A stretch of 64,000 nt of DNA from Ilumatobacteraceae bacterium (GCA_031390905.1 JANMTV010000051.1:2881-66880), one strand, 5' to 3'. Shown: positions 51,870 through 61,764, counted from the stretch's first letter. Notes: generated by a model not told the origin, from the sequence alone. Numbers and translations are program-made.

Positions 51870-53591
51870 TCAGGGGTTGGCTCGTTCGAGGATCTTGACG
51901 ATGCCCCTGGTGCCGTCGACTTCAATCGTGTCGCCGGTGCGGATTCGCTGGGTCGCCACCGAGGTACCGACCACACACGGGATGCCGTACTCACGCGACA
52001 CGGTGGCGGCGTGGGTGAGTGAACCACCGCCGTCACAGACGCAGGCACCGATGATCGCGAACGCCGGCGTCCAGTTCGGCGAGGTGGCTTCGGTGACGAG
52101 GATGTCACCGTCGTCCAGGTCGAACAGTTCCATCGCCGAGACCATCACTTTGGCGGTCCCCGTGTAGGTGCCCGCAGACGCCGGGAAGCCTTTCAGTTCG
52201 GTCGTGTGAATGTCGGACTTGAGAGCGTCGAAGTAATGCTGGTGGATGCCGAAGATCTCGATCAACACAGGATCTTCGATCTTCTCGGGAATCGTCCCGA
52301 CGACCTTTGGAACGGTCGCCCGTTGGATCTGGTAACCGTCGTAGTAGTCGTGGCGTTCGGTGACCATCCCCTGCAGGTTGTTCCACTGCTGCTCACCGTC
52401 ACACACCTCGAGCAACTCGGAGAAGAACAGGAACAGGCCGTCGTCGTACTTGTCGACACCGACCTTCTCGCCGATCGCCAACGCACCCAACCGCATCGGG
52501 ATCGATGCCCGCAGGTCGATGTAGTAGTTGTGATCCTCGTTCCACCATGCGAAGTTGGCGACGGTGTTGATCGCCAACAGTTCGTTGAAGGCACCGAGCG
52601 ACTCGCCATTCAGAATCGAGCGAGCCTCCTCGATTGCCTGATCGCGTTCGGCTTGCGACGCAGCAAGCGAGGCGTCGAAGTCGTGACGGTGCTCGGCCTG
52701 CACGAAGTTGCGCAGCTGACCGAGCGGCGAGGTCTGATCCTCGAGCCATGACGGGATGTTCATGTCGGCGATGCCCTCGGTGCGATGGCCGTACACCTGC
52801 AGGAAGTCGTCGAACTTGGTCAACCACGCAGACGAGTTGCCGCCCGCCGAGCTGAGCGCCGCTCTGATCTGCTCGGGGTCGTGATCGAAATGGTCGGCGA
52901 TGCCGAGCCGCTTGGCCTCGTCGGCCAGATCCCACATCGCTCGGTCGGTCTCCATGATCTTGGAGTCTCGGCCCTGCAGCATCTTGGCGATGTTGCCCGG
53001 GTCGACACCGTTGCCGGCGCACACGCCGTAGAGCTGGAGATAAATCGCCAAGAGCGGATACATGATTTCGAAGTGGATTTCCCAGGCACGCCGCTGAAAC
53101 TGCCACGCGTCACGCATGTACTGCCCGAGTTCAGGCAGCGAGCGACCATCGAAGTCGTACGACTCGAAGTATCCGAGACCGAGGTCGAGTTCCCACTTCC
53201 GTTCCTCCCAGATGGCGTCGAAGTTCTGGAGAAACGGCGGCATATTCTTCTCGATGCGTGCGGCGCGGAAGCCGATCTCCCACTCCGACTTGATCGGGAC
53301 CTCGCCCTCGTATAGAAACGGCCCGCCCATTCGCTGCACAAGTCCTCCAGCCGGCGGGAGCGGCAGTTGATGAGCGGCGAGTTGGGTGCCCCATGCGGCG
53401 TCGCTCACCATCATCATGCCCAACGGCGAGAAACCACGTGGCCAGTGAAAGTCGACGAACCAGAAATGCTGCTCGTCGGCTTTGGTGAACGGCTTGGTCT
53501 GCATCCGCAGCCACGGATTGTCGAGGTGTTCAGGTTTGAAGCCCGGGTACCAGCCGTCAAGGAACTGATCGACGGAGATGATTTCGGCCAT
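51870..53591 (-). CDS. PEP-utiliser swivelling-domain phosphotransferase, phenylphosphate synthase subunit A-like
   Basis: C-terminal TELKGFPASAG, DILVTEATSPNW, GGSLTHAATVSREYGIP (phospho-His); N-terminal substrate domain; no ATP-grasp domain. Confidence 0.82.
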   Translation of the reverse strand: MAEIISVDQFLDGWYPGFKPEHLDNPWLRMQTKPFTKADEQHFWFVDFHWPRGFSPLGMMMVSDAAWGTQLAAHQLPLPPAGGLVQRMGGPFLYEGEVPIKSEWEIGFRAARIEKNMPPFLQNFDAIWEERKWELDLGLGYFESYDFDGRSLPELGQYMRDAWQFQRRAWEIHFEIMYPLLAIYLQLYGVCAGNGVDPGNIAKMLQGRDSKIMETDRAMWDLADEAKRLGIADHFDHDPEQIRAALSSAGGNSSAWLTKFDDFLQVYGHRTEGIADMNIPSWLEDQTSPLGQLRNFVQAEHRHDFDASLAASQAERDQAIEEARSILNGESLGAFNELLAINTVANFAWWNEDHNYYIDLRASIPMRLGALAIGEKVGVDKYDDGLFLFFSELLEVCDGEQQWNNLQGMVTERHDYYDGYQIQRATVPKVVGTIPEKIEDPVLIEIFGIHQHYFDALKSDIHTTELKGFPASAGTYTGTAKVMVSAMELFDLDDGDILVTEATSPNWTPAFAIIGACVCDGGGSLTHAATVSREYGIPCVVGTSVATQRIRTGDTIEVDGTRGIVKILERANP

Positions 53592-53670
53592 GGTGCATGC
53601 CCCCAAGATGTGCGCAGTCGGTTGAGACGTTGGGACAATACAACGGAGGCGACTTGGCGTCCCAGTTTCG

Positions 53671-54498
53671 TCAGGCGTTGTCGTTCAGATCACCGGTGTC
53701 GGTGCGGATGATCAAGTCGCCAAGTGCGTCGTGGATCTTCCCGTTGGTACCCATCACGTTGGCGAGTCCATGGCCGAGGTTGAGTGGGCCGCCGTCGAGG
53801 TCTTCACAGCGACCGCCCGCTTCGGAGATCAGGAGCGACCCGGCCGCCACGTCCCAGGCATACGTTGCGTCGCGTTCGTAAAACGCGTCGATCCGACCAG
53901 CTGCGACATAGGCCAGACATAATGCAGGAGAACCGAGCCCACGTGACCCGCGGGTGTGTTTGTGGAGCGCCGCAATCCGGCGTCCATGAGCGTCGATCTC
54001 GGCTTCGACATCCGACTGGATGCCCGTCGCAACCAGCGACCGACTCAACGTCTCGTTATCGGTCACGGAAAGTCGATCGCCGGACAGCCACGCACCACCA
54101 CCGCGGGACGCCGTGAACAGTTCACCCCGAAACGGTTCGAAGATCGCCCCGGCGACGACTCCCTCAGCGTCCCTTACGGCGACCGACGTGCAGGCAAACG
54201 GGATTCCTGACGCGTAGTTCGATGTTCCGTCGAGCGGGTCGACCATCCAGGTGTAGTCGCCGTTGTTCCCGCCACCGTCTCCTTCCTCACCGAGGATCAC
54301 ATGATCCGGAAATGCTGCGCTGATGACCGAGAAGATCTTGGCCTGAGCAGTGACGTCGGCCCACGTGACGATCGATGCCCGTTCGCTCTTCATCACGACG
54401 TCTTTCGGTCGCTTCAGCCCTTCGATCAGGATTGCGCCACCTGCCCGCGCGGCAGCGATCGCAACCTCGAGCAGTTCGGCTGGTGTTGGTGTGTTCAC
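53671..54498 (-). CDS. Inositol monophosphatase family phosphatase
   Basis: ILGEEG, WMVDPLDGTSNY, WDVAAG. Confidence 0.92.
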   Translation of the reverse strand: MNTPTPAELLEVAIAAARAGGAILIEGLKRPKDVVMKSERASIVTWADVTAQAKIFSVISAAFPDHVILGEEGDGGGNNGDYTWMVDPLDGTSNYASGIPFACTSVAVRDAEGVVAGAIFEPFRGELFTASRGGGAWLSGDRLSVTDNETLSRSLVATGIQSDVEAEIDAHGRRIAALHKHTRGSRGLGSPALCLAYVAAGRIDAFYERDATYAWDVAAGSLLISEAGGRCEDLDGGPLNLGHGLANVMGTNGKIHDALGDLIIRTDTGDLNDNA

Positions 54499-55130
54499 GA
54501 GTCCTCCCGGGCGAGTGCGGCGCGGATCCGATCCACCGAGCCGACAACGTCAGTGATATCGAACCACACGGACGCCAATCCGGCAGCAGCGCCAGCCTCC
54601 ACGTTGTCGTAGTGGTCGTCGGTGAACACGATCTCGTCGGGTTCGAGCCCCATCGCCGAAGCGGCCAACCTGTATCCCTTCGGATGCGGTTTCAGGTATC
54701 CAGTGTGTGACAAGTCGACGATCGGTGAAATCTTCGTGAGCACCGAGATCGATGCTTGCCATTCGGCGCCGTGAAAGTTGGAGATGTCGTTCGTGAGCAG
54801 CGCGACTTGGCGGCCGGATGCACACAATTCGTCGACGAGCGCAGATGTGATCGGACGAACCAGGTGGTCACCACTCGGCTCGAAATAGGCACTCATATAG
54901 CCAGCCAGATCGAGATCAAACCGCGCCGCCTGTTCAGTCCAATACTGACGCTCCGTGATCTCACCGAGTTGGCGAGCGCGCCAGCGATCATCCGCTGGAT
55001 CGAATGGCCCACCGGGAAGCGCTTCTACCGTGACGCCGAGCCGGGGTGCGGCGACCGCCTGCAGTTCAAACGGGGTCAGCAATAGCGGCCCACCGAAGTC
55101 GAACAACATATGGCGCTGTGCGCGGCACAT
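54495..55130 (-). CDS. HAD-superfamily hydrolase
   Basis: LFDFGG, ALLTND, KPHPKGY, FTDD; overlaps IMPase start; start uncertain. Confidence 0.85.
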   Translation of the reverse strand: MCRAQRHMLFDFGGPLLLTPFELQAVAAPRLGVTVEALPGGPFDPADDRWRARQLGEITERQYWTEQAARFDLDLAGYMSAYFEPSGDHLVRPITSALVDELCASGRQVALLTNDISNFHGAEWQASISVLTKISPIVDLSHTGYLKPHPKGYRLAASAMGLEPDEIVFTDDHYDNVEAGAAAGLASVWFDITDVVGSVDRIRAALAREDS

Positions 55131-55237
55131 GCGGTCGACCGTACCGTTCGGTTGTGCCCTGTCTGCAAGCACCGTCCCTGCGTGCGGAACGCCGTCGTTG
55201 GCCGGGTCACCGGGTCAATCACGTGTACGGAAAGTCA

Positions 55238-55382
55238 AAGCACACCGAACGAATCGGTCGGTGTGCGCGGTGCAGGTCGATAGCGTCACTCCGTTCTGCC
55301 CCCGAAGACCCCCGAATCCCCCCAACCCCGACACCCCCCGAATACACCCCGAAAGGGTGATACAGCCCCTCCTGGAGGACCC
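55238..55382 (+). promoter_or_regulatory. Structured leader upstream of ornithine decarboxylase
   Basis: 9-bp stem GCACACCGA/TCGGTGTGC (55240-55266), C-rich tract, CACCC-CGAAA-GGGTG hairpin, CCTCC next to GGAGG RBS. Confidence 0.45.
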
Positions 55383-56582
55383 GTGAATGTTGCCACCGTC
55401 GCCCCGCGCGCCGAGCTCGTAAACCCCGAGATCCTCGTGAACCCCAAGATCCTCGTGAACCCCAAGATCGAGGAGTTTCTCTCCTCGACGACGGCTCCGA
55501 CACCATTCGTCGTGGTTGATCTGGATGTGGTCGAGGAGCGATATCACGGGCTTCGGGCAGCGGTGCCGCAGGCCGCGGTGTACTATGCCGTCAAGGCAAA
55601 TCCGGGCGGTCCTATTCTGGAGCGGTTGTGCGCGTTGGGGTCTTCATTCGACGTCGCCAGCCCAGCCGAGATCGACGCCTGTTTGGCGGTCGGTGTGCCG
55701 GGCGAGCGAATCTCATACGGGAACACGATCAAGAAGCGCCGCGACATTGCGTATGCAACATCGGTTGGAGTCGATCGGTTTACCGTCGATTCGCAAGAAG
55801 AACTCGCCAAGGTGATCGACGCTGCGCCAGGTTCGAGTGTGTGTGTACGGCTGCTTCACGAGTGCGGTGGCGCAGACTGGCCGCTGTCACGCAAGTTCGG
55901 ATGCTCCGCTTCTGACGTCGCTCGCCTGCTGGTCGCCGCCACCGAAGCCGGGTTGCAATCTGGTGTCTCGTTCCATGTCGGATCGCAGCAGCGTGACCTC
56001 GAGAGTTGGAACGACACGCTGGAGGTCGTCGCTCGGGTGTTCGATTGGGCTCGCTGTGCAGGTGCAACACCATCGTTTGTGAACCTTGGTGGAGGATTTC
56101 CGGGGACGTACCGCGAGCCCGTCCCCGGTTTGGCGCGCTACGGCGAGGCAGTCCGCTCGGCGATGGCAACATGGTTCCCCGGCGGACTCGACGAGGTCAT
56201 GATCGAACCGGGCCGGTTCATGGTCGCTGACGCTGGCGTCCTGCGTACCGAAGTCGTGTTGGTCTCACGCCGCTCGGCCGAGGACTTCGAACGGTGGGTG
56301 TACCTCGATTGCGGCAAGTTTCACGGTCTCGCCGAGACGATGGACGAAGCGATTCGCTATCGCCTGCGCACGCCGCACGACGGTGAACTGACCGGCCCGG
56401 TGGTGATCGCCGGTCCGACGTGCGACTCAGCCGACGTGCTGTACGAAAAAAGTGGATACGAGTTACCGATCGCGCTGACCGAAGGTGACATGGTCGACAT
56501 ACTTTCGACGGGTGCCTACACGACGACGTATTCGTCGGTCGGTTTCAACGGCTTCGCTCCCCTCGCCGAACACTTTGTCTGA
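55383..56582 (+). CDS. Ornithine/lysine decarboxylase, fold-type III PLP enzyme
   Basis: YYAVKAN, FDVASPAE, SYGNTIK, SRKFG, SFHVGSQ, NLGGGF, EPGR, GPTCDSAD, GAYT. Confidence 0.92.
   Translation: MNVATVAPRAELVNPEILVNPKILVNPKIEEFLSSTTAPTPFVVVDLDVVEERYHGLRAAVPQAAVYYAVKANPGGPILERLCALGSSFDVASPAEIDACLAVGVPGERISYGNTIKKRRDIAYATSVGVDRFTVDSQEELAKVIDAAPGSSVCVRLLHECGGADWPLSRKFGCSASDVARLLVAATEAGLQSGVSFHVGSQQRDLESWNDTLEVVARVFDWARCAGATPSFVNLGGGFPGTYREPVPGLARYGEAVRSAMATWFPGGLDEVMIEPGRFMVADAGVLRTEVVLVSRRSAEDFERWVYLDCGKFHGLAETMDEAIRYRLRTPHDGELTGPVVIAGPTCDSADVLYEKSGYELPIALTEGDMVDILSTGAYTTTYSSVGFNGFAPLAEHFV
55416..55469 (+). repeat. 18-bp tandem repeat x3, encoding LVNP(E/K)I
   Basis: CTCGTAAACCCCGAGATC, then CTCGTGAACCCCAAGATC twice. 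Confidence 0.95.
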
Positions 56583-56618
56583 CCGTCCGCGCAGCATGCG
56601 AATGACTTGGATGACTGA

Positions 56619-58886
56619 TTAAGTTTCGAGCCGATCGGCGGATTTGATCGCTGCCCACACCTTTTCAGGCGTACAAGGCATCGTCATGTGCCGAACACCA
56701 AGGTGCGCGAGGGCGTCGATCACGGCGTTGTAGACCGACGGGATTCCGCCAACGGTGCCAGACTCGCCAACGCCTTTCGCACCTAACTCGTTGACCCACG
56801 TGGGGGTAGCCATATGCACCAGTTCGAAGCTCGGCAGTTCGGCCGCGGAGATCACCGGGTAGTCGGCGAAGTTGGTGGTCTTCGGGGTCCCATCCTCGTC
56901 GTAGATGATTTCTTCCATCAACGCCTGGGCGACGCCTTGGGCGATCCCACCGTGGATCTGTCCCTCGGCAATCAGCGGGTTGATCAGGGTGCCGGCGTCA
57001 TCGACCGCGATCTGACGGCGCAATCTGACGTGGCCGGTTTCCGTGTCGACTTCGACCACGGCCAAATGGGTACCGAACGGAAATGTCGGCATCGGCGCCG
57101 TGAAGTCGTGGTCTGCGGCGAGCGGTCCGCCATCGGTCGATGCGAGCTCGGCCCAACTGACCGTCCGCGCGGGGGTGCCGGCGACGTGAAACTTTCCTGC
57201 GTCGGCGTCGAGGATCACGTCGTCGGCGGCCGCCTCCAACAGTTCGGCGGCTCGTTCTCGCGCCTGGTCGATCAACTTCGTCGATGCTGCCGCGATTGCC
57301 GAGCCGCCGAGCTGAACGGAACGCGATCCGACCGTGAGTCCGCCGGTGCGGATCTCGTCAGTGTCACCGTGAACCACTTCGATCTGATCCATCGGTACTC
57401 CGGTGCGGTCGGACACGATCATCGCCCACGTTGTGACGTGGCCCTGGCCGTAGGGCGTACAGCCCGTGCGGACCCGGAGCCGACCATCATCGAGTAGTTC
57501 GACGGCGCCGAACTCGGACCCGCCGACGCCAGATGTGATCTCGACGTACGTGGCGAGCCCGATCCCGAGGGCGATGTGATCGCCACCGGCGCGACGAGCG
57601 GCCTGTTCGACGCGAAGTTCGTCGTAGCCGGCGGCCTTCAACGCACGCTCGAGCGATTCCGGGTAGTCGCCGACGTCGTACGGCGTGCCGACGGAGGTCG
57701 TGTACGCCTCCATGAACTTCGGCACCAGGTTGATCCGGCGGACCTGTGCCGGATCAACCTCGATTTCGGCGGCGAACCGATCGACCATGCGCTCGATCGC
57801 AACCGCAGCTTCGGGGCGACCCGCACCGCGATAGGCGGTGATCGAAGCGGCGTTCGTGACAGTCGAAACGCCGGTGAACCCAACGCTGGGAATCTCGTAG
57901 CAGCCCGTCGTCATCCTCATCGTCATCCCGTGCAACACGGCACCCGTCAGCGGGTATGCGCCGGCGTCTTGAATCACATCGAGTTGGTACGCCAGAATCC
58001 GACCGTCGCGCGTTCCACCGATCTTTGCGTACTGGATCTGACCGCGACCCTGTGGCATCGCCAGGAAGTTCTCGCTCCGAGTCTCGGTCCAACGCACGGG
58101 ACGGCCGAGTTGGCGCGCATAGAAACCAAGCGCCACCTCTTCCGGATACGAACGTGACTTGACGCCGAAGCCGCCTCCAACGTCGGGCACGACGACTCGC
58201 ACATCCGACTGCGGCAACCCGTACACGATGGCCAGCAGGTCACGCGTCGGATGGCCCCCCTGACAGGCCGAGTAATGGACGAGTCGGCCTTCCGGAGTCC
58301 AGTAGGCGGCACCGGACCGGGCTTCGATCGGCGCACCACTCAACCGCTGGTTGACGATTCGCTCCTCGACGACAACTTCGCATCCGGAGAAGTCGGCGGT
58401 GTTCGGGGTGCCGATCTTGAGAACCGCGTTCGAGCCCAGCTCAGGGAACAACAGGATCTCGTCCTTGACCGACTGCTCGACGTCAATCACGACCGGGAGT
58501 GGCTCATACTCGACGACGACCAGGTCGGCGGCGTCGGCCCCGGCCTGGCGGCTTTCGGCCACGATCGCCACGACGGCTTCACCGACGTATCGAACTGTGC
58601 CAATCGCCAGGAACGGGCGGCGCATCTCGGCCGCGAAGTTTGGATTGTTGTTCGGATTCAAGCCGATCGATTCGAGGTCGTCGGATGTGAAGATCCGCAG
58701 CACACCAGGCACGTCGAGGGCATCGAGGATGTCGATCGATTCGATTGTGGCGTGGGCCATCGGCGACCGCACGTAGGTGACCCACGCTGCGTTCGGGAAC
58801 TCGAAATCCTCGACGTATTTTCCGCCTTCGGTCAACATCCGTGAGTCCTCGACTCGTACGACTCGATTTCCGAGGATGCTGCCCAT
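56619..58886 (-). CDS. Xanthine oxidase-family molybdopterin large subunit (CoxL form II-like)
   Basis: VGGGFGVK, AYRGAGRPEA, GQGHVTT, GSRSVQ, QIHGGIAQG, KGVGE. Confidence 0.9.
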   Translation of the reverse strand: MGSILGNRVVRVEDSRMLTEGGKYVEDFEFPNAAWVTYVRSPMAHATIESIDILDALDVPGVLRIFTSDDLESIGLNPNNNPNFAAEMRRPFLAIGTVRYVGEAVVAIVAESRQAGADAADLVVVEYEPLPVVIDVEQSVKDEILLFPELGSNAVLKIGTPNTADFSGCEVVVEERIVNQRLSGAPIEARSGAAYWTPEGRLVHYSACQGGHPTRDLLAIVYGLPQSDVRVVVPDVGGGFGVKSRSYPEEVALGFYARQLGRPVRWTETRSENFLAMPQGRGQIQYAKIGGTRDGRILAYQLDVIQDAGAYPLTGAVLHGMTMRMTTGCYEIPSVGFTGVSTVTNAASITAYRGAGRPEAAVAIERMVDRFAAEIEVDPAQVRRINLVPKFMEAYTTSVGTPYDVGDYPESLERALKAAGYDELRVEQAARRAGGDHIALGIGLATYVEITSGVGGSEFGAVELLDDGRLRVRTGCTPYGQGHVTTWAMIVSDRTGVPMDQIEVVHGDTDEIRTGGLTVGSRSVQLGGSAIAAASTKLIDQARERAAELLEAAADDVILDADAGKFHVAGTPARTVSWAELASTDGGPLAADHDFTAPMPTFPFGTHLAVVEVDTETGHVRLRRQIAVDDAGTLINPLIAEGQIHGGIAQGVAQALMEEIIYDEDGTPKTTNFADYPVISAAELPSFELVHMATPTWVNELGAKGVGESGTVGGIPSVYNAVIDALAHLGVRHMTMPCTPEKVWAAIKSADRLET

Positions 58887-59056
58887 CTCGTACCTTCCTC
58901 AACGTTGCTACGGTCAATCCGTATTGATCACGAACCGACTCTGAAGTGTCCCGACGATAGACGTCGCGTCTGGTGCTCAGCCAATGTCGTCCCGTTGACC
59001 GGCACGCTACGACCCGACCACACCAACTCATCCGAAACCGTTTACCAGGGAGAAAC

Positions 59057-59764
59057 ATGACACCCGAGACCCGAGATCGACTCAGCGCGGCGGCGACGGC
59101 AACGCTCGTCGCAGCACTTCAACAACGTGGGATTCGCAGCACGTTTCTGTCGGGTTTGCAGCCTGTTCGTTCGGGTCAACGGATGCTCGGCGTCGCCCAC
59201 ACGTTGCGATATCTCCCGATGCGAGAGGACCTCGCCGATCAGTTCGCTGGGCGTGTCAACGCCCAACGCAAGGCAGTCGAAGCACTCCAGCCCGGCGAGG
59301 TGTTGGTGATCGAGGCGCGTAACGAACCCGACGCCGGAACGATCGGCGACATCTATGCGATGCGGGCGATCCAGTTAGGTGCGGTCGGAATCGTGACCGA
59401 CGGTGCGCTGCGCGACACCGGGGCGCTTCGGGCGATGGAGATCCCGGTCTACCATCGGTCGTCTCACGCGGCGACGTACCGGCGCGCTCACATGCCGCTC
59501 GATCACCAGATCCCCATCGCCTGCGCTGGCGTCACCGTGATGCCCGGTGACATCCTGGTAGGCGACGACGAAGGCGTGGTCGTGATCCCTGCCGCGCTCG
59601 TCGACGAGATCGCCGCAGAAGCCGCCCAGAAGGAACTCGAAGAGGCGTGGGGCATGGAACGAGTCACCGCCGGCGAGAGCACCGATGGGACGTTTCCGAT
59701 CACTCCTGACCGACGCCCCGAGTTCGAGGCCTGGGCCGCCGCCAGGCAGGAAGGTGAACGATGA
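59057..59764 (+). CDS. RraA-like / HMG aldolase family protein
   Basis: GVAHTLRY, VLVIEAR, GTIGDI, VTDGALRD, PGDILVGDDEGVVVIP. Confidence 0.85.
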   Translation: MTPETRDRLSAAATATLVAALQQRGIRSTFLSGLQPVRSGQRMLGVAHTLRYLPMREDLADQFAGRVNAQRKAVEALQPGEVLVIEARNEPDAGTIGDIYAMRAIQLGAVGIVTDGALRDTGALRAMEIPVYHRSSHAATYRRAHMPLDHQIPIACAGVTVMPGDILVGDDEGVVVIPAALVDEIAAEAAQKELEEAWGMERVTAGESTDGTFPITPDRRPEFEAWAAARQEGER

Positions 59765-60138
59765 TGCGGCGCCAATCGTTTGACATACAGTCGCTGACGC
59801 ACGCCAATCCGATACCCGCCGTCACACGTGTTGGGCCGCTCGTGATGTCGAGCATCATCGTGCCGCGCGACCCTGGGGCCACCACGGTGCCGGACACCAT
59901 CGAGGGCCAGCTCACCAACCTGTTCCACCACGTCGGTGAATGCCTCGAAGCCACAAGGGCCGATTGGCACGACATCATCAAAATGACGTTCTACCTACCC
60001 GACCTCGGCCTGCGAGCCGAGTTGAACGTCCCCTGGGTCGAGCACTTCCCTGACCCCGATTCGAGACCAGCGAGGCATACCCAACAGTCGCCAGGCAACG
60101 TCGCCCAGTGTGACTTCATCGCGTTCGTAGCCGACTGA
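59761..60138 (+). CDS. RidA/YjgF family protein
   Basis: DIIKMTFYL, LNVPWVEHFP, RPARHT. Confidence 0.8.
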   Translation: MMRRQSFDIQSLTHANPIPAVTRVGPLVMSSIIVPRDPGATTVPDTIEGQLTNLFHHVGECLEATRADWHDIIKMTFYLPDLGLRAELNVPWVEHFPDPDSRPARHTQQSPGNVAQCDFIAFVAD

Positions 60139-60273
60139 AGGGCGGCGACCTCGCCGACCACTTGGAGCGGTGTTCTGAACGACATCTTGACAAGATCTCT
60201 GGACTTTTGCCTCTCGGCACCGGACTATTCACTGTAGATAGTGGTTTAGGACACTCAAGACCTGGAGACGCCG

Positions 60274-61677
60274 TTGCAAGAAACACGGTTCGCGGATTCG
60301 GCGCCGCCTGGTCGACCTATGGAAGCCGACACCTCGATCTCGAACAGGAGGAGTTTCAGCGTGACGACGATTGTCGGTCAGGCCCACGACAGGTGGGACG
60401 CAGCCGCAATGCTTGACGCGCTTCCGGAGCGGGTAAATCGATATCGCGTGGCAGACCATGTCATCGTGTATTGCAATGCAGCATGGGGTGCCCAGTACAA
60501 CATTGATCCCCGATTGGCATTGGGGCGCCCGCTCGACGACTTCTTGAGCGACGACGAGCTGGCTGGCCTCAATTCTCAGCTCGCCCTGCTGGGTCCCGAC
60601 AATCCGATCCTGGTCGACAGTATCGCCCGCGCCGTCCCCAACGCTCCCGGCCAGTGGCTCGAGTGGGCTGATCGGTACTTGCCCGGCCCAGATGGCGCTG
60701 AGGTGCTGTCCGTCGGCCGAGATGTCACGGAACGCCACGTGGCCGAGTCGAAACTGGCCGCCAGCGAGGCTCGATTCCGGAATCTCGCCGACAAGTCCGC
60801 CGACGTCATCTGGAGCTTTGTCGCCGAACCGTGTCCGCATTTCGACTACATCAGCCCGTCGATCGAAAGCGTCCTCGGCTATCCGCCGTCGTTCTTCGTC
60901 GAGGACTTCAACCGGATACTCGAAATTCTGAACGACGAAGACCGCACAGCCATCGATCGCGCTCTCCGTGGCGAGCAAACACTCGCCCGCTTCGACTTCC
61001 ATTTTCGACACGCTGACGGTTCGTCGATAATCGGCGAAACGCAGACCACCGTCGTCCGCGGTGGGTTGCAGGGTGTCAGCCGCGACGTCACCGAGCTACG
61101 TCGCCTGCAGGAAAGCATGGCGGCCCTTGCCTTGCGCGATCCGTTGACCGGATTGGCCAACCGTCGGCTGTTCGACGAACTTTTCGAGGCAGCTTTGGCA
61201 CGCACCCAGCACAGCGGGCTTCCGCTCGGAGTGGCGTTTCTCGACCTGGACGGTTTGAAAGATGTGAACGACACCTACGGCCATGATGCCGGCGATCTGG
61301 TGCTGTGCGAGACAGCCCGCAGGTTGGTCTCGATGTTGAGCGGTGCCGATGTTGTAGCGCGGATTGGCGGCGACGAGTTCGCCATCGTCTATGAACCAAA
61401 CGAACCGAATTCGGACGACCTCGTTCGGCGCATCGACGTAGCCCTGTCAGCACCCATCAACATCAGCGCCACAACGGCCGTGTTCTGCCCAGCCAGTATT
61501 GGCAGCGCAGACACTCGTCGCGTCGGACGCGACCCCACCAAGCTGCTCGCGTCAGCCGACGACGCCATGTATGAGTTGAAGCGCGCTCGCTACGCCACTC
61601 GAGGAGCCCACGCCAGGGGTGTCGTATCGATCGGCGTCGTGAGGCCGATCAGCGACGCGCTCGCCAACATCGCCTGA
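60274..61677 (+). CDS. PAS-PAS-GGDEF diguanylate cyclase
   Basis: Two PAS-like regions, DPLTGLANR, DLDGLKDVNDTYGHDAGD, ARIGGDEF; start uncertain. Confidence 0.9.
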   Translation: MQETRFADSAPPGRPMEADTSISNRRSFSVTTIVGQAHDRWDAAAMLDALPERVNRYRVADHVIVYCNAAWGAQYNIDPRLALGRPLDDFLSDDELAGLNSQLALLGPDNPILVDSIARAVPNAPGQWLEWADRYLPGPDGAEVLSVGRDVTERHVAESKLAASEARFRNLADKSADVIWSFVAEPCPHFDYISPSIESVLGYPPSFFVEDFNRILEILNDEDRTAIDRALRGEQTLARFDFHFRHADGSSIIGETQTTVVRGGLQGVSRDVTELRRLQESMAALALRDPLTGLANRRLFDELFEAALARTQHSGLPLGVAFLDLDGLKDVNDTYGHDAGDLVLCETARRLVSMLSGADVVARIGGDEFAIVYEPNEPNSDDLVRRIDVALSAPINISATTAVFCPASIGSADTRRVGRDPTKLLASADDAMYELKRARYATRGAHARGVVSIGVVRPISDALANIA

Positions 61678-61764
61678 GACGGGTATCCCGTGGTGCGCGC
61701 GCGAGTCATACGGGCGATGCCGATGCAGTTGCGTGCGCCCCGACCGAATGGGACCCAGGCGATG

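Noticed and set aside
31400-55200. Integrative element or composite transposon carrying the catabolic genes
   Set aside because: No integrase, transposase, tRNA anchor or terminal repeats seen.
56619-58886. Bona fide aerobic CO dehydrogenase (form I)
   Set aside because: Lacks the Cu-binding Cys motif and accessory cox genes.
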